From assembly GCF_001194135.2 (NCBI RefSeq), contig NC_068989.1:81175646-81239645 (forward strand): 64,000 bases of DNA, written 5' to 3'. Made by a program: the position numbers and the translations under genes. Source of the DNA: Octopus bimaculoides (taxonomy: Eukaryota). The notes beneath the pieces are model-generated. The model saw nothing but the letters and a program-made list of their open reading frames with translations. It was not told the DNA's origin and made no database searches. Below are positions 38,961 through 51,102 of the stretch, in pieces (position 1 is the stretch's first letter; the number at the start of each line of letters is the position of its first letter).

Positions 38961-39477
38961 GAGACAGGAAATCAATCCAGGTATCAATTAACTAGTATTC
39001 AACCAACTTGGGCAGGTGAAAGTGATATGGCAAGAGGTAAAAATCAGCTAAAAACCACATTTGCAGGGTACACCAATGATCATAATATCATAAGCAAATT
39101 TCATCCAAAATCATACAACAGTTATTTATTACGAATTTTTTTTTTTATATTGAACTGCATTTCTTCAAAATGTCTAGTTTTTAACAGGATTGGGAGGTTT
39201 ACATAAATATAGATATTTATAACAAGATTTTAAGAGTTAAGGCCAGAAACAGAAATTAGGTAGCATTTAATTGTCTAAAACGGAATTAAATTAAATTAGA
39301 AACAATTTATAATACATAACCTGACAAGACAAATTTTGAGAAAATAATATTCTAGCACAAGAAAAAACTAACAAATGAAAAGCTATCATTTTTAATACTT
39401 CTTTTTCTTTCATTTTATGTCAATTTTTCCCTGCAAGCATAGGTTAGACAAATACATATTATTGAAGTAGTCATAGA

Positions 39478-39845
39478 TGATGCTAGTGTCATATAACTGG
39501 CACCTGTGCTGGTGGCACGTAAAAAGTACCCTTTGAACTTTGGGCCTCACAGAGGCAGTGACAAGTGAACGAGACCTTCAGCAATATACTGCGCTTGAGA
39601 AGACCTGTCAAGTTAAGTGAGATCATAGTCGTGGCCAATGCCGGTGTTTCGTAACTGGCAGCCATGCTGGTGGTACATAAAAAGCACTCACTAGACTCTT
39701 GGATTGGTTGGCATTAGGAAGGACATCCAGCTGTAAAAACCATGCCAAATCAGATTAAAACCTGGTGCAGCACCCCAGCTTAACAGTTTTCAGTCAAACT
39801 GTCCAACCCATGCAAGTCTGGAAAACAGGCATTAAATGATGATGA
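39478..39845 (+). mobile_element. Degenerate RTE 3' end
   Basis: gagaagacctgtcaag...ggttggcattaggaaggacatccagctg...ttaaatgatgatga. Confidence 0.75.
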
Positions 39846-39964
39846 AGTATTGTTTATTTTTTTAGAATGAGAGGATTGGATATGGTTGTTTAGACACTGA
39901 CAATTTCACATGGCTGACAAGACATGCAACACGTTTTGGTGATAGTACATTTTGCCACTGGAGA

Positions 39965-39965
<1 letters not shown>

Positions 39966-40028
<63 letters not shown>
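39966..40028. repeat. (CA)n microsatellite
   Basis: Read directly. Confidence 0.95.
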
Positions 40029-40034
<6 letters not shown>

Positions 40035-40973
40035 AACACATACAAATACATACAGAAATAGACACATACAAATAAAGACAGAGGGCGAGAGGGGCATCAT
40101 AATTTGTTACTTGAATATGATTGACATAAATACTTTCCTTCTCCACATAAAGAGAAAAAGTGTCACAAAGAAATAAAGAAAGAGAGACAAGAGAAACATT
40201 AAAATGTCTGATGTCAAATAAGTCAACATCAAATCAGTGATGCCAAATAGGTGGTTTCAAATGACTACCAAAACATCTCATACCCTTGTTTTCTTGCAGC
40301 TAGATGCTCTTTCCATTCACTAACTCTTGTCTCTTTTCAAGATATTTTTCATACCACTCATCTTTGAAAGCACAGACCCACTAGATGGTTTATTGACAAT
40401 TCCTTGTCAACGAACAATACTATCTGCAGCTCAATACTTTTCTAAGTAAAATACACAAAGAAGACACTCACTCACTCACCACACACAACAGGGTTCTGTA
40501 CATCACCACCATCATTTACTCACAAGACATTTGTCAACCTGGGGTTATTGTAGAAGATACTAGTCCAAAGTGCAGGGTAGTGAGACTAAATACAAAACCT
40601 TGTGGTTGAGAAGCAAACTTCTTAACCACTCTGCCATAGCAGCACCTAATACATAATAAATAAAGCTCAACATTAAACTTTGGTAACATCTGTAATATAA
40701 GCTACCAGTTTATATATTTCCCAATGACTGCAGCAAAATACATGCCACTTTCATATGTTGACACGATAACTGTAGTTTAAACATTTTGCATTCAGATTAC
40801 TGTCAAATGTAATGCCTGTTTATTCACAGTTTTGAATTAATTGTGCAATATCTCATAGCTTTGAGGTTTTGATGAGATAATTAATTTTCAGAATGATATT
40901 GTAGGGTGGATGTGAGTGTTCTGATCTGGCCGGTTTTAACATATTCATACAGGTGTGTGTGTACATATGTGTA

Positions 40974-41021
<48 letters not shown>

Positions 41022-41844
41022 CACATATACAAACATGCATACATACACACACACACACACACACAGAGAGAGACACACATATATAAACACACACGCATGC
41101 ATACATACATACATACATGCATACATACATGATGGGTTTCCTCACAGTTTCCATCTACCAAATTTCAGAATGTAGCCTAAGTATCTGATGCTGTCATAAG
41201 ACATACTTGCCTAAGCCACTGTGTAGTAGGACTGAACCCTAAATCATATGACTATGTCAGTGCTGTGCAAATTTACATTTTAAAATATTGACAACAATAG
41301 ACATCAATTGCTCAATAACATTTTTCTTTCGTAACAACACCTGATATTGATCTTGTGATTTTATGAAAAAATATTGTCCAATCTAATGCATTAATATTGT
41401 TATACTGCCAACAAAATATAATAATTTGAAGGTCAAAAGTGAAAAAAATAAGGTTAGATAATGCTTATGTTGTTGGTTTAAATTGATGCAGATCATTTAA
41501 TGTAAAACACATCATCATCATTATTTAACGTTTGCCTTCCATGCTGGATTGGGTCAGACAGTTTGACAGGAGCTGTCCAAGCAGAAGACTGCACCAGACT
41601 TCTGTGTCTGTTTTGACATGATTTTTTATGGCTGGATGCCCTTCCTAACACCAGTAGATGAATTCCTTATTTTGTAAAATACATGCAGTTTTGTTTGAGG
41701 TGAAAAATTATTCAAAATGATGATAGACTGAAATCATGGAACCTTAATAGTGTTCATTCTTCAGGCATAATGCAATTAAAGTCATTGCAGTCATCTACGT
41801 AGCATTTCTTATAACATCTTATAATGTACCTTATGAATGTGCTG

Positions 41845-41976
41845 TGTTGATAGGCAAGTTAACTGCAGTATTTGTCCTGAGATAACACCTCTTATACAAC
41901 ACAATGTGTTAAAAGCACAATAAATATTGAAGGGAAATGAAAATTTGTCTCTGCAGCAGCTAGCAAAAACACCAGA
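41845..41976 (-). ncRNA. Candidate structured intronic RNA, copy A (H/ACA-like size and boxes)
   Basis: Homologous to 42178-42307, with compensatory changes in a 6-bp stem. ANANNA (AUAAGA) and a terminal ACA on the host strand. Strand and class unproven. Confidence 0.3.
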
Positions 41977-42177
41977 TGCATTTTGGCTTTTTCCATGACA
42001 TGTACTCACAACCAGTCACATGTTCAGATGAGGATTCATCTCCTCGGACATTGGAAACCGTGAATGGAATATTCACTGATGTTGCAAATAGCTGCCTGGC
42101 TGAATAAATATCCAATATATGCAATTGAGACAGTATGAAACTAAAATAGCCACCTATGAATCATAATGTATATACAC

Positions 42178-42307
42178 TGTTGATAGGATAGTTACTGGGG
42201 TATTTATTCTGAGATAACAACTGTTATGTATGTGTAATGTTAAAAACACAATAAATATTGGAGAAAAATAAAAACATGTCCCAGCAGTGTCTAGCAAGAA
42301 CACCAGA
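42178..42307 (-). ncRNA. Candidate structured intronic RNA, copy B
   Basis: Paralog of 41845-41976, offset 333 bp; ANANNA (AUAACA) and ACA at equivalent positions. Confidence 0.3.
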
Positions 42308-42594
42308 GCTGTTATTCTTCTGTATATAAGTGGCAAATTGGCAGAGTCGTGATACTTGTTCCAACTCCAGCCACTATGAGTTCAAATTCTGCTGAGGTCA
42401 GCTTTGCTGTTTATCCCTTTTGGGATTAATAAAAGAAAAAGACAAGCACCAACCCCAGGCAGTGGATTAATGGAACTGTAATAAAATCAGACTTGATGTC
42501 TTGCAGTATTTGTTCTGAGTTCAAAGCCTGCCATGTCCTACTTGAGTGGCAGACTTAGTCCTTCACCCAATTTAATATCAACATAAGAAGCATA

Positions 42595-42960
42595 AGAAGC
42601 ATCAAATGTGGTGTGCAAGAGAGATGACTGCACTGGTATGGTCATGTGTTATGTATGGATGAGGACAGCTGCATGAGGAAGTGTCACTCCCTAACTGTGG
42701 AAGGAAATTGTGGAAGAGGTAGACGCAGGAAGACATGGGATGAGGTGGTGAAGCATGACCTTCGAACACTGGGTTTCACAGAGATAATGACAGGAGACCA
42801 AGACCTTTGAGAAGACTTGGCAACTAAAGTGAGATTGCAGCCATGCATGTCCGACCCAGTTAAGAGTACCCCTGGTGCAGCTGCTGGCTCTCCAGACCTC
42901 TGTCAAACTATCCAACCCATGCCAGCATGGAAAATGGATGTTAAATGATGAGGATGATGT
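42595..42960 (+). mobile_element. RTE C-terminal fragment joined to the 3' tail
   Basis: gaagcatcaaatgtggtgtgcaagagag...gaagacatgggatgaggtggtgaagcatgacc; homologous to 4930-5116. Confidence 0.8.
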
Positions 42961-43644
42961 ATATACAAATACATATATATATATTTGTAGACAAACAAAC
43001 ATTGGGGGTTATCTGTTCAGATGAACATGGTTTGGTCACTTAGAACAAAGAACACAAGCTATTGGTGTTGTTTTGTCAAAAACAAGGAAATGAATGAATC
43101 AGATGCCTATCACAACACTCTGATATGGTCTCAGTCAAAGCAAAATATCTTTTCTTGGACTCGTTGCTTTTAATAAAATACACACACACACACACACAGA
43201 TGATTCTTGAATAAGGAACAGAAGAGGTCTGTAACACTGGGAGTTGGTCATTATTCCTAGCAGGGTGACTGATCACAAAGAGAATCTCTTGCTGGTTGGA
43301 TTATTGACCCATTGATCATTAAGTTGTGGTTCTTGTTCACTGAATAAAAGGATTCCACTGATCCCAACAGGTCAGATACGTTTCACAGAAGTCCAACTCT
43401 GATAATGTACTCTATTGAATAAGAGCTGATTTGAACCACCTAACTGATTTTACTAAAACTGGATATGTATTACTGAACACCTTTAAGCTTTTTTCTTTGT
43501 CTCAATGGACATCATTAACACCAAGGTTTTGTAGCTATATCTGTGATGTCTTAATCTTGTAATATACCATTAAAAACTCCACATCACCATTGTGCCAAAG
43601 TCTGAATATGTTTAAGTAAAGATTTAGCTGTACAATTAACAGTT

Positions 43645-43810
43645 GAACCCTTTAGCATTTGGATTATTCTGCCAAACGTAATGCTTAATATTCACATGTG
43701 TGACTGTTTTTAGAATTACATTATAAGGTAAGCATGGGAGGCTGCACTTGGCCAGTTTCAACATAAAACAGGTAGAATATTTGAACGTGATATGGTCAAT
43801 TTACATATTA
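43645..43810. mobile_element. Degenerate MITE with a piggyBac-like end; related copy at about 40780-40940
   Basis: aaccctttagcatttggattattctgccaaacgtaatgc shares sequence with gcattcagattactgtcaaatgtaatgcc (about 40788). Confidence 0.45.
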
Positions 43811-45139
43811 AACAATGAAGTGATGTAATTAACTAGTTTTAATCTCCCAACTGCCTAAATTTCAACTTTGCGGTGAAGAACATGGTTCAAGAACAAACTA
43901 ACACGTTTCCTGGTAATACATAGTTGTGGGAATTGTTTAAAATAACAATAGGCAACAGATAATCTAGAATAGAGAGTGGAATGTTAGAGTCAGATGGAAT
44001 CTGAGGCAGATTTTCTATGGCCAAATGCCCTTCCTGCCACTAACTCTGACCTGTTTGTGGCAAGGTAATATGACCAAACATGTTTTTTCCATTGAAGACT
44101 GGATACAAACATCACTTGTACGACTGTGGTGCTCACTTACAACCATCACATAATGTTAGAATAAGGGTACACACACACACACACATACATATAAACACAC
44201 ACACCTTTTATTATATATGTTGTTTACATTCTACAGATTCCGCATTAAGCCGTTTGAGCAAAAAATGGTGACGTTATATCAATATTCCCTACCAACAAAT
44301 AATCCTCTAACTCGGTGCTTTTCAAGACAAGTCAAATAAAACATCCCTTACTTGAAAAATGAGTAAGAAAGGCATTTGGCTGTAAAACAGTGCTTCAGTA
44401 ATAAGTATTCTTCCAACCCATACTAGCCATGGAGAAATGGACACAAAACAGACAAATGAACACAAAATCTATAATTAGAGCTCTGTTATTTAGCAAGCCA
44501 TTCCAAATGACAATTGTTAATTAACTATGTGCAAAAGTGCAATAACTGTGACTGCATTATTTTCTCTTTTACATCTACAGTATTAGGTTTACATTTTTGA
44601 TATTCACCTTTCATAGTAGTAAAGTAACAGAAATGGTAGAAAGCTAGACAAAATGTCCTTCACTATTTAATCTCATCATTTTACATTCTCAACACAAAAT
44701 TCCACTCTGGTAGACATTGTCGTTCATCCCTCTTGACTACATAAATTAAACAAAAAGCATGTACTGGGATATTTCACCTATAAATTTTGTGGCCTTGTGC
44801 CAATGTTAAAAAGCATTATGCAGACTTTGTTTATGGCCCTAAATGAAATTGCTTGGTAGTGAATCTACTATCAATTATCATCATCATATTATTGAGGGAG
44901 TCTAAAAAAATTAATCCTTAATACATAAATATTATCATTATGCAACAATGATAAAAAAAAAAAAGGTGGGTGCTGAAAAGCATAAAAGCATGACTGAAAA
45001 AATTGCCATAACTGCTAGATATAATTCCTTGCAATCAATATTATTCAAATGAAAAATCCTTAGAGCTTGTCCCAACTTTCAGTTTCATGAGGCCTTTTCC
45101 CCTCTCCATAATAGCAAAGTATTTGAAGTATCAAGAAAT

Positions 45140-45358
45140 ATTGGTTTCAAATTGTAGAACAAGGCCAGCAATTTTGGGGGCGGGGGTAAGTCAAACACAT
45201 CAACCTTGGTGCTCGACCAGTACTTATTTTATTGACCCTGAAAGGATGACAAGTAAGGTCAACTCCAGCAATATTTGAACTCAATGTAACAACAGCCAAA
45301 ATGCCAATAAGCATTTTACCCAGCATACCAACAATTCTGCCAACTCACTGCCTTATAG
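45140..45358 (-). mobile_element. SINE family B, degenerate
   Basis: cagtacttatttt...gaaaggatgacaagtaaggtcaac...aagcatttt motifs. Confidence 0.7.
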
Positions 45359-45552
45359 TATCAAGAAATATTAACAATAGGTATTATAGAGTTGGTTCAG
45401 TTCTCATTTCTTTATTATTATTGTTTTTTTTGGTTGAATCTTGAAATAACTGTAGTCAGCTTAAACGGATAAAAATACTTCCAACAACATGCTAATGAAT
45501 ATTGATTAATGTTTAAATGGAAAAGCACACTGAATAGATGCCAAATTCTTAC

Positions 45553-45657
45553 TTGGTGACTGTGTGTAGTCCATCGAGTAGTTCTTCTCATAGCAGTCAC
45601 AACTAGAGATATTTCACCTTGGATTATGTAAATTCCATATTTTGGAGGGCCCATCAT
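45553..45657 (-). CDS. GBF1: GBF1 first coding exon (exon 2): MMGPPKYGIYIIQGEISLVVTAMRRTTRWTTHSHQ
   Basis: Resembles the GBF1 N-terminus (human ...IYIIQGEINIVVGAIKRNARWSTH). Donor CAA|GTAAGA at 45552. Acceptor TTTTTTCAG| puts the exon start at 45671, leaving a 14-nt 5' UTR, so an untranslated exon lies upstream. 105 nt, phase 0. Confidence 0.95.
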
Positions 45658-46289
45658 GACAGGTTACTAGTCTGAAAAAATATATAATAATTTTAGTAAA
45701 ATATAATTAGCTTTGGTATTATTATTTATGAACAACAATTAGCTGGCATTAAAAAAAAAAAACATAAAGAGATTTGGCAAGGGCAAACCATAAAAGGTTT
45801 AGCAAGGTATCAATCAGGTCAACTGAAAAAAAAAATCATTTCCAGTATACAATTCATGTTGAAATCTTCAATGTGGAAACCTACATACAAGCAACTCAGT
45901 AAAAAAAGGGACCTAAAACCCTTCTTTTGTTACTTCCCAAATGTAAAGATTTTACTTCATCAAAAGTCTTTTTAATTTGTTATATACAAAGTTGCCTTGA
46001 GTAGGGTTTGACTGTAAAACTATATAGTGCAGAAAGGGCCAAGAGAGCAGATTGGTGGTTTACTGATACAGAAATACAAACCAGGACTTGATCAACCCTG
46101 GCTGGATCAACTAAGGGAGGGGGTCTGATGTTGAAAGACCTGAAACCCCTAAAGACCCCAGAATCATGCACTATCAGTGGATAGTGCATCCCAGAGCATC
46201 CAGGATATGTATCTTGGAACAAAGCACTGAAAAATTGAATATAATTGAATATATGTTTCCTGACCATATAATTCAATGGATGCAACTGA

Positions 46290-46560
46290 ATTGATACAGT
46301 GTACCAACTAAAGTGCATTATGATAAATATCCTTGATAGAACATGTTGGAAGGAGATTAAGACCAAAGGAAGACAAGGGTGGAAGTCGCTGGTAAAAGCT
46401 GATGTGAAAATGCTGAATATTTACAAAGAAAATAACAAAGGAATGCAACAAATGGCAGGACGCTGCATTGGGAAGGACCCAGCCAACCATGTAAGTAGGG
46501 AAAAGCAGAATATGTGGTTGCTTGATCTACTAGTAACAGTTGCTTCATCACCTTCAAACT
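46290..46560 (+). mobile_element. Old RTE-type C-terminus/3' end relic
   Basis: HVGRRLRPKEDKGGSRW...KWQDAALGRTQPTM resembles RTE termini. Confidence 0.45.
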
Positions 46561-46569
46561 AATCCTGAA

Positions 46570-46800
46570 CTGACATTCTGTTGGTTGCGATGTAGGTTTC
46601 TGTTGATTTGATCAATGAAGCAGCCTGCTTATGAAATTAACATACAAGTGGCTGAGCACTCCACAGACACATGTACCCTCAATGTAGTCCTCAGGGAGAT
46701 TCAGCCTAACACAGAATGTGACAAGGCTGGCCCTTTGAATTACAGGTACAACTCATTTTGTACTGGAGCAACATGGAATAAAGTGTCTTGCTCAAGGATA
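46570..46800 (-). mobile_element. SINE sharing the family C 3' tail
   Basis: gaaattaacatacaagtggctgagcactccacagacacatgtaccc...gtgacaaggctggccctttgaattacagg. Confidence 0.75.
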
Positions 46801-48008
46801 TATCATGCTGCCACGTATCAAAGTCATAATCGTCGACCGTGAGACAAATACTCAAACCAAACCATTAAGCCACATGCCTTCATTAATCCCTATCACGTGA
46901 AAAAGGGAACAAATATAATGCAGAAATTATTTGATTTTTGAACGTTTTTTCCCTCAAAGTAAATCCTGAATTCTACCAACATATATTTTTAGAATCTCTC
47001 CTGTATTTAAACAGAGCCACGGTTAACCAAACTAGTAATATGTCAGTTGCCAGTCGAATAGTCCTTGAATTTTTACGTTAGGTTATGGTGCCAAGTCAAA
47101 GTCTTCTTCCTAGAAATATCACTTGCAAAAAAAATGGGCTCTGCTAAGTTGTTTATTTGTAAGGGTAATAATTATAAAGTAGTAAGTGTAAGATCTAATG
47201 CACTTCAAAAAATTATGCACACACACACACTCACGTGAATAAACAGTGAGATGTGAAAACAAAGTATTAAAAAATTTGCTTGCAACACACACGTTCTTGA
47301 ATTATCCGAGGCCCTACCCAAAATTACACAACACACTGTTATAAACACCCTTAGTTTACAAAATTCACTATTCATAATAAATGTAAAGCCAATAGCAATT
47401 TTCACTACTAAGCTAAGCGAAAACAGGTTTTACCTTTTCAGATGAGCAATTACTGTGTCAAGTATAAAATGAAAGCATTCTTACTATTATTAAAAAGATG
47501 TGGTTTATAAATTGTTCGACAAATAACAACTAGACATACTTGTCATGTTTCACACTTTAACACATTAAATTGAATTGGGCTGATCGGTCAACGTTGGGGC
47601 TCTGACATCCTGACTATGGGAAATTGACAAAATCAATTAACTGTTTAACTTTTGATAAATAAGTTTTTTTAAAAAATAGTATTAATTAGGGTATAATTGA
47701 TTACAGACGTGACAATTGCAATATGAACTATTATTCAATTCGTTAACCTACAAGCTCAAGTACGTTTAAGTTCGGTACACATCATGAAGAAATATGTAGC
47801 AATAAAGATTATAACGAATGACTTCCCGTCGTAAAGAGATGAAAGTCTCCTAACTTGATTTGGTTCGAAAACTGGACGAAGTATAAAAATTTTTTTTAAA
47901 TGATAATAATAACAATGATCAGTAATCACTTGCAATATATATCGATATTTTGTTTAAAACAACCTAGTCGGACCTATTTTTGATTCCAGTGTTCCACAGT
48001 CGATCACC

Positions 48009-48020
48009 GTTGACGTCAAC
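48009..48020. promoter_or_regulatory. 12-bp palindrome GTTGACGTCAAC containing a full CRE (TGACGTCA)
   Basis: Read directly; lies in the CpG-rich zone about 2.35 kb upstream of the start codon. Confidence 0.55.
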
Positions 48021-48178
48021 CACAGGATTTCGGCATAACACAGAACCCCCACTACCGCCACCATCACGTTATGTTCCTTCATAACTTTCTGAAAAAATGC
48101 CTGTTTATTTTTTCAATGAAATTTCGCTGAGATATGTCTTTGATGTTGTAGATTACAATTATGTTGATAACATGAAAT

Positions 48179-48227
<49 letters not shown>

Positions 48228-48818
48228 NNNNNNNNNNNNNNNNNNNNNNNNNNNNNNNNNNNNNNNNNNNNNNNNNNNNNNNNNNNNNNNNNNNNNNNNN
48301 NNNNNNNNNNNNNNNNNNNNNNNNNNNNNNNNNNNNNNNNNNNNNNNNNNNNNNNNNNNNNNNNNNNNNNNNNNNNNNNNNNNNNNNNNNNNNNNNNNNN
48401 NNNNNNNNNNNNNNNNNNNNNNNNNNNNNNNNNNNNNNNNNNNNNNNNNNNNNNNNNNNNNNNNNNNNNNNNNNNNNNNNNNNNNNNNNNNNNNNNNNNN
48501 NNNNNNNNNNNNNNNNNNNNNNNNNNNNNNNNNNNNNNNNNNNNNNNNNNNNNNNNNNNNNNNNNNNNNNNNNNNNNNNNNNNNNNNNNNNNNNNNNNNN
48601 NNNNNNNNNNNNNNNNNNNNNNNNNNNNNNNNNNNNNNNNNNNNNNNNNNNNNNNNNNNNNNNNNNNNNNNNNNNNNNNNNNNNNNNNNNNNNNNNNNNN
48701 NNNNNNNNNNNNNNNNNNNNNNNNNNNNNNNNNNNNNNNNNNNNNNNNNNNNNNNNNNNNNNNNNNNNNNNNNNNNNNNNNNNNNNNNNNNNNNNNNNNN
48801 NNNNNNNNNNNNNNNNNN
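48228..48818. other. Assembly gap; other gaps at about 5117-5752, 6631-7204, 7866-7959, 17316-18077, 30371-30460, 32982-33152 and 51704-51752
   Basis: N runs, mostly next to microsatellites or young repeats. The long X-containing ORFs in the track are artefacts of these gaps. Confidence 0.99.
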
Positions 48819-48834
48819 TTATTATCCCAATGTA

Positions 48835-48897
48835 TAACCCTGTCCCTAACCCTAACCTGCGTGTGCAAATGAATACGGGGTTAGGGTTAGGGTTAGG
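48835..48897. repeat. Short inverted telomeric repeats: (CCCTAA)n, 21-nt spacer, (TTAGGG)n
   Basis: taaccctgtccctaaccctaacc ... ggggttagggttagggttagg, read directly. Confidence 0.85.
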
Positions 48898-50066
48898 ATC
48901 GACCACTCACGACTAGCTAGCGGGGACACGCGACTTGCGCGTTCGGGTCCGCGCTGCTTTAGTAGTACCTAATATTTGATTACTTTTATTATTTGTCTTC
49001 TAAGATTTACACGATTAAAAGGATTTAGATTAATTTGGGTGACGAGGAATAGTACAGACGGCAGAGAGTCGGGTTACATTGTTTTGTGTCATCTATCTAG
49101 TTCGATGCTACGTGGCTTTGAGTTCAAATACTCTATCGGTCAACTTTTACTTTTTATTGCTCCTGGAGTTATCCAAAAAAATATATTCTGGAGTTAATTA
49201 AATCAACTCTCACTTTGTCACACCGTATGTCAAGTCAACAGAAATTTTTATTTACATCCTGATCTCGCCTGTATTTAGCCAAAATATTATGGAGCTTATA
49301 TCTTTTATTCTTTACTTCTTTCAGTCATTAGAATGCGGCAAAACTAAACACACACACACACACTTTATTAAGAATCTTAATTACAACTGTCCGGTGAACG
49401 GGAACGTGAAACTCTGAGTAGCAGTTTTTTGTGATATTTTTGTAGCTTTAAAAAGCATATTACTCTATCTCCGGTATTCGAGTACTATTTTTTCCCACAT
49501 TGTTTCACATTTATGTACTTACTCTGGTGTATGTGTGTGTGTGTGTGTATATATATATACAGCGCTTTGAAGGATTTTAGTCGAATGTGTCGATCCCAAA
49601 GTTTATTCTATCGGCCTTTATAGCCGAACCGCTGAGTTAGGAAACTAAAATTGTAAAATATGTGCCTTATCAAAACGGAGAAAATCGAATCTAAGAATGA
49701 ATCAGTAACGAGTTCTTTTGAAACTACAGTGAAGACGATATACAGATAAACGATTAATGATGAGCTATTCCAAGCAATGGCTCAAAAATATACTTAACCA
49801 TTAGGAAATGAAAAGAAACTTATTAATATCATCTATTAATTTTACCTCCTCAGCTCAAATCACACAACCTGCTGTCTTTAAAATAGAAAGACATATTGAA
49901 TACTTACGGCTAGAATGTCTTATCATACGTCTGCTTGTTTAGAGCTGATCTGGGGTTAATCGCCAACACTATCAACCCCATAAATGGACTATTTTTTTTT
50001 ATAATCCAAATACAGGTGAGATGCAACTTTCATGCTATTAGGTAAAAAGTACGAGGTGTCACAAAT

Positions 50067-50103
<37 letters not shown>

Positions 50104-50116
50104 ATACAAAGAATAC

Positions 50117-50298
50117 ATATGCATGTATACACACATATGTACATACATACATCAACATGTGTATATAGATGCATATCAGGGTACAGGACATTAGAACAAT
50201 GAACTACAGACCACAGAACGAACACACAGGAAAACAGATAGCCACTTGGAATTAATCCTTCGTCAGCTGCCTCTATTCTAACTAGACGTTTCGAAGAT
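50117..50298 (-). repeat. About 180-bp repeat, copy 1 (inverted partner at 51103-51281)
   Basis: Reverse complement aligns to 51103-51281 over its full length. Confidence 0.85.
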
Positions 50299-50714
50299 GA
50301 GAAACGAATTTAATCAGTTTAGTCCTAGATTAGCCATGAATCCAACTAACTTATAATCAAATGCGCTCTACCGTGACCACCACGTTCTATTTTTTTTTTT
50401 TTTTTTTTACACAGTGTATCTACTTCCGTGCAACGTGTACCCAGGATCACATTAACCAACGCGTCCTCACTTTTTATTATTATTAGTAAAGATTATTAGG
50501 ATAGGGCGTATAATCCGAAAGGAGATTCGACTGCCATTTCTAGCAGGTTAAATACATTCTCCTTGACATGACGTACTTTAAATGTAGTGTCAGCACCAAT
50601 AAGTGGACCAAAGCGAAAGACAAACATAAGTGAACTAACCTAGTCACACACACACACATGTGTATGTTGTATGTGTGTGTATTCTTTTGTTCGAGTTCAG
50701 TCTCTTGCTACTTC

Positions 50715-51005
50715 GAGTTTCGCCTGATAGTACACAGGGTCTTCAGAAAAGAGTCGTAATGAATCTTGTTAAATTTCTTCCAACCACACTTGAAGTATTT
50801 CAATTTTAACCAGATTTTTTTTTCTTTTTTTTACAGATTTACTACATTGATGTAACTTCTTTATTATTAATTTCTAGAAAAAGACTACTTTTTTTGTCTT
50901 TTTAAAATAATCTGGTGAATATTTTAAGTACTTTTAAGTGGTTGGAAGAAATTTAACAAGACCGTCGTAACTTGCCAGAAGACTGCACACCCACAGGCGA
51001 AACTC
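50715..51005. mobile_element. Fold-back MITE-like element with about 100-bp imperfect arms
   Basis: gagtttcgcctg / caggcgaaactc ends; 24-bp perfect arm 50764-50787 vs 50938-50961. Confidence 0.7.
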
Positions 51006-51102
51006 AAAGGAGCAAAATAAAATATATTAATTTCTATTGTTGTGGTACTGAGTAGTCTTCTGTCGGACAGTCAATACTAAATGTGTGTGTGTGTAGGTAT
51101 AT

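Larger units (their letters stand above)
47235..48960 (-). promoter_or_regulatory. Probable GBF1 promoter and untranslated first-exon region
   Basis: CpG-rich unique sequence upstream of the first coding exon. Candidate minus-strand donors CAC|GTGAGT (exon end 47235) and AAG|GTAAAA (exon end 47434). A gap at 48228-48818 hides part of it; TSS not determinable. Confidence 0.5.

Noticed and set aside
42010-42099. Exon-like segment with a GTGAGT donor between the two duplicated elements
   Set aside because: The 90-nt form has an in-frame stop after 8 codons and the 82-nt form shifts frame; the acceptor is weak. A poison exon cannot be excluded without RNA data.
41845-42307. TPP riboswitch or hammerhead reading of GGGG...CTGAGA...AAA
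   Set aside because: The TPP P2 closure and P4/P5 arm are absent, and the hammerhead core spacing and stem I are not met.
46166-46189. 10-bp perfect hairpin ATGCACTATC-AGTG-GATAGTGCAT
   Set aside because: Too short to call, and it sits next to a decayed retroelement relic.
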